Shown here: positions 41,684-54,210 of the stretch, piece by piece
Position numbering within the stretch: the stretch's first letter is position 1
Layout of the letters: each line of letters begins with the position of its first letter
Assembly (NCBI GenBank): GCA_028023455.1
Contig: JAQFVV010000009.1
Span: 7,378,001 to 7,442,000 of the forward strand
Length of the DNA: 64,000 nucleotides
DNA from: Epiperipatus broadwayi
Taxonomy: Eukaryota; Animalia; Onychophora
Direction: 5' to 3'
Program-made: the position numbers and the translations under genes
Notes under the pieces: model-generated
What the model was told of the DNA's origin: nothing
The model's database searches: none
What the model saw: only the letters and a program-made list of their open reading frames with translations

Positions 41684-42373
41684 TATATAAATATAGAAAT
41701 CAATACATAAAGAAAGGAAGAAGAAGAAAATCTGTATTAAACCTGATGGTGGAATGCTCAAAGCCCTTGATTCCAATATTATAGTCATACTAGACCTTGG
41801 ATGATTGGAGAGTCGAGAGGACCTAAGTCTGTCCATTAAAATGTGTAGATTTACTATCTTGATATAAACTGAGCATTGATTATATATATATATATGTGGA
41901 ATATGATGATCCAGACCAACTGATGAGTACTGGTTCAACATGAAATATATACATTGGAGATCATTTATCTTTTTCACATGAATGTGGTCATGTGTATCAA
42001 TTATATTGGATAGAGTGGATAACTGTAGGGATCTTGAAAGTCTGGGTTCAAATCCCTTTAATTATATCTAGGTTAAGTATATACTATACCTTTATTTCAA
42101 TATTATACTTTCAGCCTGTATTCTAACCATCCCTCTCTTATATATTTAAGTGGACATATTAAGATCCTATATATGAGGGGTTAGATTGATTTAAGGTCAA
42201 CATGGGTATAACTATAATATTGGCATCATCAGGGGCTTTGAGCATTCTATCATTCAGATTTTCAGTGATATGAATGTCTGGAGAGTGGAGAGAATTGAAG
42301 CCCATCCATTAAAGTGTGTAGATTTGATATCTTATATAAACTGAGTACTGATTATGTATATGCATGGAAGATG

Positions 42374-42432
42374 ATGATTTGGGCTAACTGATGAGTGCTG
42401 GTTCAGCAAGAAATATGTATATTGGAAATCAT
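42374..42432 (+). ncRNA. Extended type I hammerhead ribozyme, family 2, core intact except G10.1-A11.1
   Basis: ATGATT-TGGG-CTAA-CTGATGA-G-TGCTG-GTT-CAGCA-A-GAAA-T-ATGT-A-TA^TTGG-A-AATCAT. Predicted cleavage is after AUA at 42421. Confidence 0.75.
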
Positions 42433-45400
42433 TTATTGTTTTCACATTTATGTTGGTCATGTATATCGATTATATTGGATAGAGTGGATGGCTATAGGGA
42501 GCTTGAAAGTCTGGCTTCAAATCCCTTTTAATTACATCTAGGTTAAGTATATACACTATATTTATATTGTTAGAGAAAGTAAAAAGAAATCAAGAAAAGA
42601 ATAATAAAGAATTAAAAAAAGAAATATCTAAAAGTCATAATCCTTTTAAGAAGTCAAGAAAATAGCAAAAGACTAAAAGAGTGTCTATAAAAATTTCATA
42701 GAAAAGTTATGAAAAAATTGATAAATTCACATAGAAATACAAGCAGAATGGAGAACTAACAAAAGAATCGGAAAATTATAAAAATTTATAAACTATTAAA
42801 GACCTAGTAAAAAAAACTGGAGACATTGCAAATCGTTGTATAGACTAGAATAAGTACAGATTCATTACAATTAAGAATGAGAATAGAAATTTTAAAATAA
42901 ATCCTTTTTTAAATCACTTTTACAATGCTATACTTGATTTTCTACTTGATCATTCTTACTGTTTTGACTGAACAACAGTCTTCTTTAAATCCAAAATACA
43001 TATGTACTTGAAACAATATAAACATTACAACTGATTATATATTAAATCTTTTTTTACATACCTATTATATTTATAACAAGTACATATCCTCAAAAATCTA
43101 TTACATTATATATCATAAACATGTAAAGGCAGTAAGTTTATTGTTAAAGGAGGTTGCCTTGACTACAGGTTGAGATTGTTGATAGCTTAAGAATTGATTG
43201 TTATCACCTTTATCAATTTATGTAATTTATTTTTTCACATACTAATTATAACAAAAATAATATACTTAAAAAGAAATAAATATAGGGGAAAAAAAGATTT
43301 TAAAATTAATGAGATCATTATAAAAGAATCTAAAAAAAGATGACTATTGATGGAAAAAAAAGTTAAAATGGAGAATCTGAAATCTATGTAGAAGTTATGA
43401 AAACTGACATAGAAAGTGATAGAAATGAAATAACTCTGGAACATAGAGAAAATTGATTAATGATTGTATCATTAATGCCTTGAAAACAGAAAATAAATTA
43501 TTTGCTCTTTAAGTGACGAGGAATTTAAAATTATTATGTATATTGAATTAGTTTCAAAATTTATGATAGCAATATCTTGATTTATTCTTTGTGGTAGCAG
43601 AGCCAAATTATTTTGTATAAAAGAATAACAGAAAATCATTTACCAAAGTTTATAATGAAGTTGCTAATTTAAGGTATCACTATTCAACTGATCACAATTT
43701 TCCTGTTTGATATCTATGGAAACAGTTTAGCTAACTATTAAGCGATAAAAAAAACAAAATGAATTGAAATCAAACATCTCTTGTTTTGACTACTCACATA
43801 CTGTAGATATGTCATATATCTGCTCTAAAATATGTATTGCCTTTTATGTAAAACTTAATCAGACTATATTTGATATTAAAAATTATTCAAAAGTTTATGT
43901 ATAGAAAATAATAAAAAAATGTGAAGATAAATGTAAATTTGTGAATGAGATCAAGAGTAAAATGCAGAAATTTCTGTTGTTATAGTGAAATTTGGAAGTT
44001 TGATCAATTGAGTATTCTTGGAAATTATCTGTTTGACAGTAAAGATAAAATATTTTTTGATATATTCTAAATGAATGCTGAGAATCCAAGTTTTTATTAT
44101 GTATGTATCCATACAAATGTTATTTATTTGTTTATATTCACTGAAAAGTTATGCTAAAATGGTGAAGTCACAAGAAATTATTTAGAAAAAGTCATTTTCT
44201 GTCTTGGAAATGGAAAGATTTTTCTATCATTGTCATATTGAAGTTTTTTTTATTTTGTTTACCCATATTTTAGATATACTCTCATCAAATTGAAATAAAG
44301 AATTTATGCCAGTTTGAGGAAAGATATTGTTAATTAAATTTTAATTCTTTCACAATTTGTCTTGCTGAAGATAAAGATGAAGTAGAGGTCTTATGGTATA
44401 ATCATTATACTGTATATATATATTTAGGAAAGAGTAATATAACTTTGTACTTTTATTTGATGATATGAATAAAAATGTACTTACTTCATTGTACAGAATA
44501 ATAGTTATATATAAATATTAAAAAAAAGATAATTGTATTTAACATTATATATATATATTCACATTGTGATTTACTTGGTTGTATATGGATTGCTTGTTTA
44601 TTATAAAGTTAAAAAAGAAAGAAGTAATTTCCTTACTTTGTTAAGTAAAAAATCAATCTGTTTATTAAGTATCTTATAGTAAATAATTGGTTTGATTAAT
44701 ATTCACACTCTCTGCCTTAAGTATTCAAGACAATCGTCTTTATGTACAAAGAGATTGAATGAGAAAGTGATTCATTTTCTTATTATATTGTTGAATATTG
44801 AAGTGTGTGTGTGTGTACTATTATAACAACATTTGTTATTTTAAAAAAAATGTTTTAATGTTAAGTATAAGAAATGGTATCCATTAGATTGTGCTACATA
44901 GTTTTCTTTTAATTTTGTAATATGTTGTAATTGCGCAAATTGTAAATAAATAGTAATTATGGGTATTACTAAATAAAATAAAGATTAACACAAATCATAA
45001 TTATAAATTTTTACTTGTTTTTCATTTAAATGCCTTTAACAATACTATGCAGTTTGTTTTTGTAAATAGGATTTTGTTTTTAAACTCGAAAGATTTCTTA
45101 ACATTTTATTGTTTGTAAATTTTAATTATAACACATTTATATAAAGATGAACAAAAACCTGGTAGAGGCCAGTGTTCACTTCACAATAGGGTTATGATAA
45201 CGAAACTTGCAAATGAATGATCTTGTCATATACACCATAGGCTGATGCTAGAGTTACGAATGAGCAGTTTTTTAAATAATATTTGAGAAGGAAAGCTTCT
45301 GTTGGATCAGTCATGAAAATCTTTGTGTTGCTATGTACTTTCTCAGCAAAATAAGACATCACAATAGATTTTCAGTGGGGAAGGTTTAGCAAAATTTGTA

Positions 45401-46849
45401 TGAAGATCTGTTTGATTAAAAGGAATTAGCCAATAGACAAGAAAATATTCTATCAATCTGAAATATCAAAGTCATACTTGTAAAAACAATTATATTAAAG
45501 CAGACAAAACTCTCCATACAGTATGATTATGTGATGTTTAGTGGTTTAAAAACAATTGTAATTAGCTATTACTATTAAACTATATTCAAGAAAGAAAATT
45601 AGAAGACACTTTAAAATGAAATACAAATGGCTCATACAGCAGAATTCAACTCTCAAAGTTTAGACTGATAGTATAGTTTATTAAATAAAGTTAGTATGTT
45701 AATATCTATTAAATAACATATTGTTTATATTTCACAATATATTATTGTTTAGGAATCCTAAGTACAATATATAAATAATTGTTAATATTTATTTTATTCT
45801 TTTTAATTATATTTATATCATATAATTTTTAATATGATGTTAAGTGTTATATCACATAGTAGTTACAATGATCATGTTTAATTTTGGTCATTATAATAAA
45901 GTAAAAAAAAAATATTCTTTTGCATTAATATTTGGTTAAGAGGCTTATGCATGTATAAATTACTCTGGTAATAATCACGGTTTTTATTTTATTTTTTCTA
46001 TTCATTTAAGACAAATTGTAAATAATCAACTTATACATTGTTTGTTAATATTATTTTGTTTATTTTATATATTTTTTATCCTTATGCCTGAAATGACTAT
46101 GGTTTTATTTCTATGTTGAATTAATTACTAATATTCTGTAAATCACTTGTCAGCATTATTTTATTGTGGTAACCTTTAAAACAAAGTATTATATTTCTAT
46201 GTTATATAAAAAAATAAAGCTGGACATAATATTAAGGAAGAGCAACTTCCGACATTAGTTTTGGAGCTTTGAGGTAAGTTGTATTCTTATAATATATATA
46301 TACATGTTAGAAGGGATCTTAGATTGTTTGTGATGGATGTTTCCTCATATATGTTTATCCTTTTCACAGACATTTAGAAACAGTAAGTATCATTAAAAAG
46401 CTTCCAGTTTGATAGTACAACTTAATATCAGACTTAAGCAAAAGATAAATATGTTTTGCTTTATTTAAATATAGATGGCTTTCTCGTAGTAAGGAATTTT
46501 TAAATGGTAAATGGGAAAAGAGATATATAGTATCTGCTTGATAACATCTTATAATAAAAGATTTTGCTATTATTAATTCATACACAATTTTCTTTAACAT
46601 GCCAACATTAACCATTTCAGATTCATTCATCAATAGTTATTCCTATGTAAAAATGATCATTTTAACTTGAGAGAAAAAGTAAGAGAAGAATAAAAAGTTA
46701 AAGATGTGTTTTGTTATGTCTATACAAATTAATTCATATAATTCAAATATATTTGTAAAATTCATCCATTGATCCGTTATTCTGTTTATTTGATATTTTG
46801 CAATGATGACTTTCAATTTCTATTGCAGCAATTTTTTTCTTTCTGATAG

Positions 46850-47230
46850 ATTTCAATATCTTTTATAACTGTCCTTCTCATGTATAATAAGACAATAGCA
46901 ATTCTCCACTCTAATGCCATGTAGAGTAAACTTGAGTAATCATTAATTACCAGATACATATACAATTGCTATCCATAGTATTTAAATCTCTATTCTCAGA
47001 CTAGTTTCTGGATTTTGCCTTTATCAGTGAGATCTAGGATTCAAAGTTTGAAAGAATGTAGATGTGCATCTAGAAACCACCTTTAACTCTGTTTTACTCA
47101 CTCAGCTAAAAACTTAAAATTCAAATCAACTTTAGATTTTGAACCCAAATCAATCTATTTGATCAATTACAAAGATCTGAAACCAGTTCAGCAATTACAT
47201 ATTTTAATATCTCCATTTTAAGATGATGCA
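46850..47230 (-). repeat. Dispersed solo copy of HHR family 1
   Basis: Minus strand at 46993-47032: TCTCA-CTGATAA-AGGC-AAAA-TCC-A-GAAA-CTAG-TC^TGAGA, with flanking family-1 blocks such as GATCTGAAACCAGTTCAG. Confidence 0.75.
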
Positions 47231-48494
47231 TGAAAGAGAGCAGAAAATGTATTCAGAAAAATTGTAAAACCTTAGACTAATAAAATTTGTGCATACAGTA
47301 CTTATTATCTCTGCATTTAAATGTAAATTTTTTGGTACAATTGATTTATTTAACATTTACTACTGTATTTTATTTATTTATTTTAATTTTTTGATTATGA
47401 AAAATTGAAGTTGATAATCTAATTGTTAATAATATATGAATTCATTAAAGTTTACAATTAGTTCTAAAATTGAATGGCTAAAATGTATTACCACTGATAC
47501 CATCACCTATAATCACTTGATTAAAATTCTCTATAGCTTAATTATTTAATTTCCTCCCTGTACAGGATTCTTAACACATATTGAATAAACATTAAAAAAA
47601 AAAAGAAATTTTATCTGTTCTGTATTATTTTTGTTTATATAGTAAAAATCTGGTGTTTATTAATTAATAATATTATATATCATTCTTTTCAGCTTTACAA
47701 ATATGATTCAATAAAGATTTTAATAATTGTGACTATTGCTAATATGAACATCATATTATCTACAAACAATAGTAAATACAAAAGTTTCACAATCATTTTT
47801 TGCAAAATCAGTTTGTAAATAGAGAGAAAACAAAATTTCTCAAGACATTCAGCAATTAGTAGATGTGTTGAGAGCATGGTAGCATAATTTTATCAAGAAT
47901 AAAGTTATGTGCCAATAGATTATTGTACGTTCATAATGAAAGTATACCTCTGTACTACAATAAGAAATACTTGTTTTTATTTTGATTAAGAAAATAAGCT
48001 ATGAGTGTTAACATATAAAACATTTGTTAAGCATAATTTAAAAGAAAAAAAAATTGTCAATTAAATTAGAGCAAGTGTATTTGCTGAAAGCAAAGTTTTA
48101 TGATTCAGAAAGTATAAGGAAACTCTGCTGAAACAATGAACACCCAATTATCAGTAGTATCTACTAGTATGTGAAGGAGAAATAAGTTAATTTTTAACTA
48201 GATGATTACCGAAAGAAGTTGAAAGAGTATTGAAATTTAAAAATATTGCATAATTGCAAGTAAATATCATTGTGAATCATTTATATCACTCTTAACTATT
48301 AATATTCTGATTCATATTGTATACTTTAAAATATTTATTAAATTTTATCAATAGAAGGAGGAATAAATAATGTTATAAATTTTTCTAAAATCATCAGCAT
48401 CATCTTCAAACATTATTAATCCAGCACAAGATAAAATTCTATAGGTTTAATTCACTTTCTTTGAACTATAGTTTCACTTTTTTACTTTCTAGAT

Positions 48495-51145
48495 CAGTGA
48501 TGGCGAACTTATGGCACACATACCAGAGATGGCACATTCAAATTTTTTACTGGCATATCATAATTTTCTTCAATATTTTTTGGTTGCTAAAATCTGTACT
48601 AATAAAAATTTACTGTAAACTAAAGGCAAAATAAATAAAATATTATATTAGAATTCAATTTAAATTGAACTCTGATTAGAAGCAATAAATTATGATATTT
48701 TAAGTCAATAAAGTGGTACGAAATACTGTGGTATCACATTCTAAAAACCTGTCAAATGATTCCAATAAAACTAGAAAGTAAACTCATTAAAATATTTTAA
48801 AACTCTTTGAAGTAATTTTTTTTTCAAATCTAAAAGTAAAAGTAATAAAATGTTTTTCTGCCCTAATCTTTTTTGATCTAAATGTATTGACACTATTAAT
48901 TTTTTTAATGTAATCAAAATCGTGAACAAAGGAACGAAATGCGTAATCAAGACCATCAAACAAAGTTTTTTTTTTTTGCTTGAAGTTTTGCTTTAAAAAT
49001 GAAATGCAAGGATAATAATATATTTTAACATATAATAAATCTTTGATTTATAAAATTATTAAAGCTCATTATATTAATAAGACTAGTGAAAATAAAAAAA
49101 CAAAAATTATCAGTATGGAATGATTAACACTAGGGCAGTATGTGTTTTATATTCTGGAATAGTTGTATTGAGAACATCATTGGGGAAACAGCATTATGAG
49201 ACCAATCATAAATCACTCTGAAAAAAATAAAGATGAATAAAAAGAATATATTGCCCAAGCATTTAAAAATATAAGTATTCAATCAACATCTATAATGAAA
49301 TTTATCGAAAATAACTCAAATATAACTGCTGCTATTTTTTTTTATTTCAAGTGTAATTGTCAAACATGGGAAACCTTTTAATGATGGAGAATATATGAAA
49401 GAAGCTTGGATGAAATGTGCACCAGTTCTTTTTGAAGATTTTGAAAAGAAAGCAAAAATTATTCAGTGCATAAAAGATTTATTATTGGCTAGAAATGCAG
49501 TTGAAGAAAGAATCTTGCAAATGATTAACAACATAACTTACCAACAAAAAGAGATGTAAAATCTTCTAGTTTAATTTCTCTCTGCCTTGATGAAAGTACA
49601 GATATAAATGGGTCAGCTTGTTTGGCTATTTTTATTCAATATTGTGTTGGGAATAATATCAAAGAAGAATTGTTCAGTTTAATCTCATTAATAATAACAA
49701 CAAAATGAATAGATATTTGCAACATAGATGTCAAAATTGTATCAATAACTACAGATGGTGCTTATGACTGGAAAAGAAAAGTTTTTTCACTTTATTTACC
49801 ACCGTATTGGACATTCAATTTTGGGTTTTCATTGCATTATATATTAAGTTTTATACACAAAGCCCAGCTTTAAACCACCAGATGATGTTATGAACATTGT
49901 GACTAAATTAATCAATTTTATATCTACACATTGGGTGAGGTAAATTCAATATACTATGCTTTACTTATGTACAACCATGTCCAATGATTAAGTTGAAGAA
50001 AAGTTCTTCAAAGATTCATAGATTGTTTAAAAGAAATTAGCATGTTTTTACATAATGAGAAAATCATTGAAAAGTACAATGAATTAATGGATGTTGTATG
50101 GCTTTCAAAATTAATGTTTTTTACTGATATGTGTTCACATCTAAATGAATTAAATTTAAAACTGCAAAGTTATAATAAGACAATTGTTGTCATGTTTAAT
50201 TTGATCAAAACATCTGAAGTTATATTACAAATTTTCAAACATGATGTTATTTCTTACATCTTCAAGTATTTTCCAAATCTAAAAAAATTTAGAATCTCAC
50301 GAGAAGCCAGGGCAAGTAAAATTGATGCAAGACTTTTGTGCTGCTATTCAATCAATAACTGGTGAATTTTCTTTAAGATTTACACAGTTCAGACAATTTT
50401 CAGAAATATCAAAATTTATTTTATATCCAGACATAATATCAATGGATAGTCTCAAGTTAGAAATTTTTGAGTAGCTTAATTTGAAAGATATGGAAATGCA
50501 ATCAGTCAATTTTCAACCCAGTTCTATATACAAACAGAAATTTGTTGACTTGGGCAATAAGTTAGAAACAATGGAAAATAATTGATTATTGGATATATGT
50601 AAAAAGAATGTTGAAGAGGAACTATTGACTGCCTAGAATGCTATTCCTGAAACATTTAATTGTTTAAAAAAATTAGCGACCACTATATTATCAATTTTCT
50701 CCTCTGCATATGCATACGAATCATTGTTTTCAGAAACTAATTTAATTAAAGACAGTTCGAGAAATAGAATGACAGATGAATCTGATTCAGCATGTACATT
50801 ATTAAAAATGATAAAATATGAACTTAGATATAAAATATTTGGCATTTAATGTACTCATTAAATAATATCTATTTATGTTGATTTTATATGTTTATTCCAA
50901 AATTTTGTTTTAATTACTATTAATTTTTTACTATTACATTTTATTCAACTTGTGCTTTTCTAAATAAATATTGTTCACCTATATTTAGCTTATTTATAAA
51001 TTTTGTTTAATTATTATTGTTATTATTTTGTTTTATAAACTTTTAAAAACTGCAATAATTAAGTTGTTTATATTTTGATTTTATAACTGTTTAATATTTT
51101 TTGGAAATTTTTGGCATGCACACATAAAAAGGTTCACCACCACTA
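48495..51145 (+). mobile_element. Full-length hAT (Charlie/Buster group) DNA transposon with a dead transposase
   Basis: TIRs are CAGTGATGGCGAACTT and (reverse complement) TAGTGGTGGTGAACCT. The 8-bp TSD TTCTAGAT/TTTTAAAT matches 6/8 and fits nnnTAnnn. Transposase motifs from ~49100-50845: HYETNH, HGKPFNDGEY, CLDESTD, SITTDGA, HCII, FSSAYAYESLFSETNLIK. Confidence 0.93.
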
Positions 51146-51989
51146 TTTTAAATTTTAAATTTCTTGAGATCTAATTTCCACTGCCCATTTATTGTCATAT
51201 TTTCTAACAGTATGTCCAGATCAGTATTAACTTTTTTTTTATTAATGCTAATGATAACTATTTGTTTTCTCATTTATGTATTTCATTTTGATCTCATTAT
51301 ATTATTCCCTTTATATTGTCTTTTCATTGTGTATCCAAATCTTCCATTTATATTGTAAGAACTAGTAAAACACCTTTTTTTCAAACATGAGATATATTTT
51401 AGTATTAAATTATTTTTACCAAAAAACATTCCTTCTTAATTTAATTCTGGGATTAATTTTATTCATTATGTTTCTGTTTGTATTAATAATCTTATCAAGG
51501 TCTTTATAGGTTTTAACTTTTAATTCATGATTATCAATCTTTGTTATATTCTTTTATGCAAATGTAGGACATAAGTTTAGTCTTTTGGTATTTAACCTTA
51601 GTACTACTTTCTTGCTTTCATCTGATAATTTTTGTAATATTTCTTGAAGTTTTGAAGTGTTATTTAATCTTATCATATGAAAAATTTAGATGACAAATAA
51701 TTTCCATTGATTTTTTTTTTAACTTCCCATTTTAATCCACAAAATATTGTCTGTAAAATAACAAAATATTTTGGAAATATGGAACACTCTATCTTACATT
51801 CTTATCAGTTAATCTTCATCAACATATAATCTAATTATTGCAGCTGCAGTTTGATAAATCATCTTTGAGTTTTTGGATTAACAGATTATTAGCACTTCAG
51901 TAAGAAATTATAATGAGCAAGTGATTGATAAATTATAAGAAGAAATTGAATACATGTCATTTTCACCTTAAAGCAGTATTCAAAGTAGA

Positions 51990-53500
51990 CATATAAATTT
52001 TGCTACTGGATTATCAGTGTCGTGTATCACTTTTTAGAAGTAAAAAGAAATATGAGATTGCAAGATTTTTCTAATTAAAGAAATGCAGTTAATAAAAAAA
52101 AAAAAAAAAGAAGAAAACCAGAAACCATAATATTTTCTATCAATTTATTTTATTTGGAAATAATAAAATTAATGATGAAAATAACAATATTAAATTTTGT
52201 TACATTTTTAAAAATATATGATAAAATTTAATCTCTTCTTTTGCTTTTCTATTTTTAGTATTTAATGTTGCAAAAAGTTTTATTGATAACCTGCCAAATA
52301 CAAAAACAATATTTCTATGTTGCATGTGGTCTTAGTCAGTTTTTGCTTGTGTGTGTGTGAATATTAAAGTTCATTGTTCTTTCATATTTGAGAAATATTT
52401 TATTGGAAAGTATATAAAATCATAATAAATACTATATTTATCATTTGTAAATGAAGTAAAATTTCAATTGCACTTTATAAAAATTAACAAATATAGGAAA
52501 TCTATTTTTTATGGAAAAATTCTTTCTTTCACATTTAAATATTTTCTGCAATTTATTTTTGCTAGAAAATGAAAAAAAAATTCTTTGCAAAAGAAGGAGA
52601 ATTTATAAATAATTATAAAAAAAAAGTATGTAAAATGAATTTATAGATATGTCCATAATATTTTTTAAAAAAGTAATTTGTAATAAACAATTTGAAAGTA
52701 CAAGTAGCTATGAACTTGAACTGGGGATGTTGAAATTGCTAATAATGTCAGTGCTGCTGTGCAGAATAGTGCAAAACACAGATTATTAGTCACTCAATTA
52801 AGAAATTACAAAGTTTTAATCCCACTGATTTTTTGGCATTCCTTTTTTCAAGCAGGACTTTCTTCATTCAAAAATTTTTATGTAATAGATTAAAAATATA
52901 CAGAGATGTCAGTGAATTTGGCAATAGTCTGGACTTTGAGTCTGTATTCAAGTCTTTAAATAAATGTTTATATAAACAAAGAGAAAATTATTTGATTATG
53001 AATCTGTAAATAAACCTTTGTAAGATTCAAAAGCAATCCAATATTTTGATCAAAATGTGGGTAAAAGGCTGCAAATATTTAAGTCATGATTTGAATAATT
53101 GAAAAAACATAAAAATTTATTTGTATTTTCATGTAATTTTCATCACCTTCTTAAGAATACAGAATAAAAAAAAATATCTATTGGATCTGAATTCTTTGTC
53201 AGATGTCAAGCTGGCATTGAAAAAATAATAAGTAAAACTGCTGTAGACTATATATACTTTGTAAAGAAATAAAACTACTTAAATTAATTTTGCCAATATA
53301 GATCCAAAATCCTTTGAAAATGCTTATATTCTTTGCAGCTACAGGTGTATAACATTTCCAAATTTATTGTTCTTCAGATTTTCTTGACAATATTAGTGAC
53401 TGAAATCAGAAGAAAGGACCTTTTTAAAGATAAAACTGATCAAAACTTTATTGAGATAATCAATTTTGCAAGAACATTTTGAACAATTTGGAAATTATGG
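51990..53500 (+). mobile_element. Highly degraded second hAT transposase remnant (ZMYM1-like group)
   Basis: FYVACG at ~52312-52330. TFPNL..LQIFLTILVT..SEERTFLKIKLIKTLLR at 53352-53458 matches the hAT dimerisation motif. Confidence 0.6.
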
Positions 53501-53913
53501 CAACGACAAAATCCTAAAAGATTTTATAGAGTAAAAAGCAAAATAGATATTTTTTCATAATAAATCATCAATTTTGCAAGAACATTTTGAACAATTTGTG
53601 TTGTTCTGTAACCCGATGATGATGATGATGATGATGTGCTCCCAACAGTTCTTTTTCCCTTGGCTTTGATTTTTACTTTTAAATAAATTAAATTTAATAT
53701 TTGTATTAAATCATTTAAAAAAAAAAGCTTAAATCCACTAAATTGCTTGCACTTTTTGAGTTCACATTTTGATTGCTTTCCATTTTATGATAAAGATATA
53801 AAGTCTACAGTAAATTCCATATATTCCAAATTCTGCTGACCTTGACTGTGAGACTGTGACTGGCAAAAAATGTTTTAAATTGAACCCCATAGCTGCTAAA
53901 GCCAGTCCTGAAT

Positions 53914-54210
53914 AAAAAAGATGTGCCCCCCCCCCAAAAAAAAAAACGCAAACAAAAAACAAAAAAGGACCCCACTTTGAAGGATGAGTAAACCTCAAAA
54001 TCATTGATATCACTAAAATTTTGATGTCAAAATGTAAAATAAGATAAAGACTTCTCAGACTTCTCTAGATGGTAAGGGTTCATCTAGAAATGTTTGAGAA
54101 ATCTTTGTCTTATTTTACATTTTGACACCAAAATTTTAGTGATATCAATGATTTTGAGATTTACTCATCCTTCAAAGTTGGGTCTTTTTTTTTTTTGGCA
54201 CATCTTTTTT
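53914..54210. repeat. Foldback/MITE-like palindrome
   Basis: The arms (e.g. CCACTTTGAAGGATGAGTAAA..ATCATTGATATCACTAAAATTTTG) are near-perfect reverse complements around a 9-nt loop at 54072-54080. Confidence 0.92.

Larger units (their letters stand above)
41200..42560. repeat. HHR repeat family 2: one minus-sense copy (interrupted) and two plus-sense copies
   Basis: Homologous blocks recur. HHR cores lie at 41335-41341 (-), 41920-41926 (+) and 42388-42394 (+). Predicted cleavage sites of the plus copies are 468 nt apart. The orientation switch is near 41795. Confidence 0.9.

Noticed and set aside
41986-42056. Genuine tRNA gene
   Set aside because: Only the T-arm/B-box is well formed; the acceptor and anticodon stems do not pair, so it is treated as tRNA-derived.
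34596-42560. CRISPR-like interpretation of the repeats
   Set aside because: Units are hundreds of bp with no unique spacers and no cas genes, in a eukaryotic context.
42570-43480. A-rich, LINE-RT-like debris
   Set aside because: Too degraded to assign.
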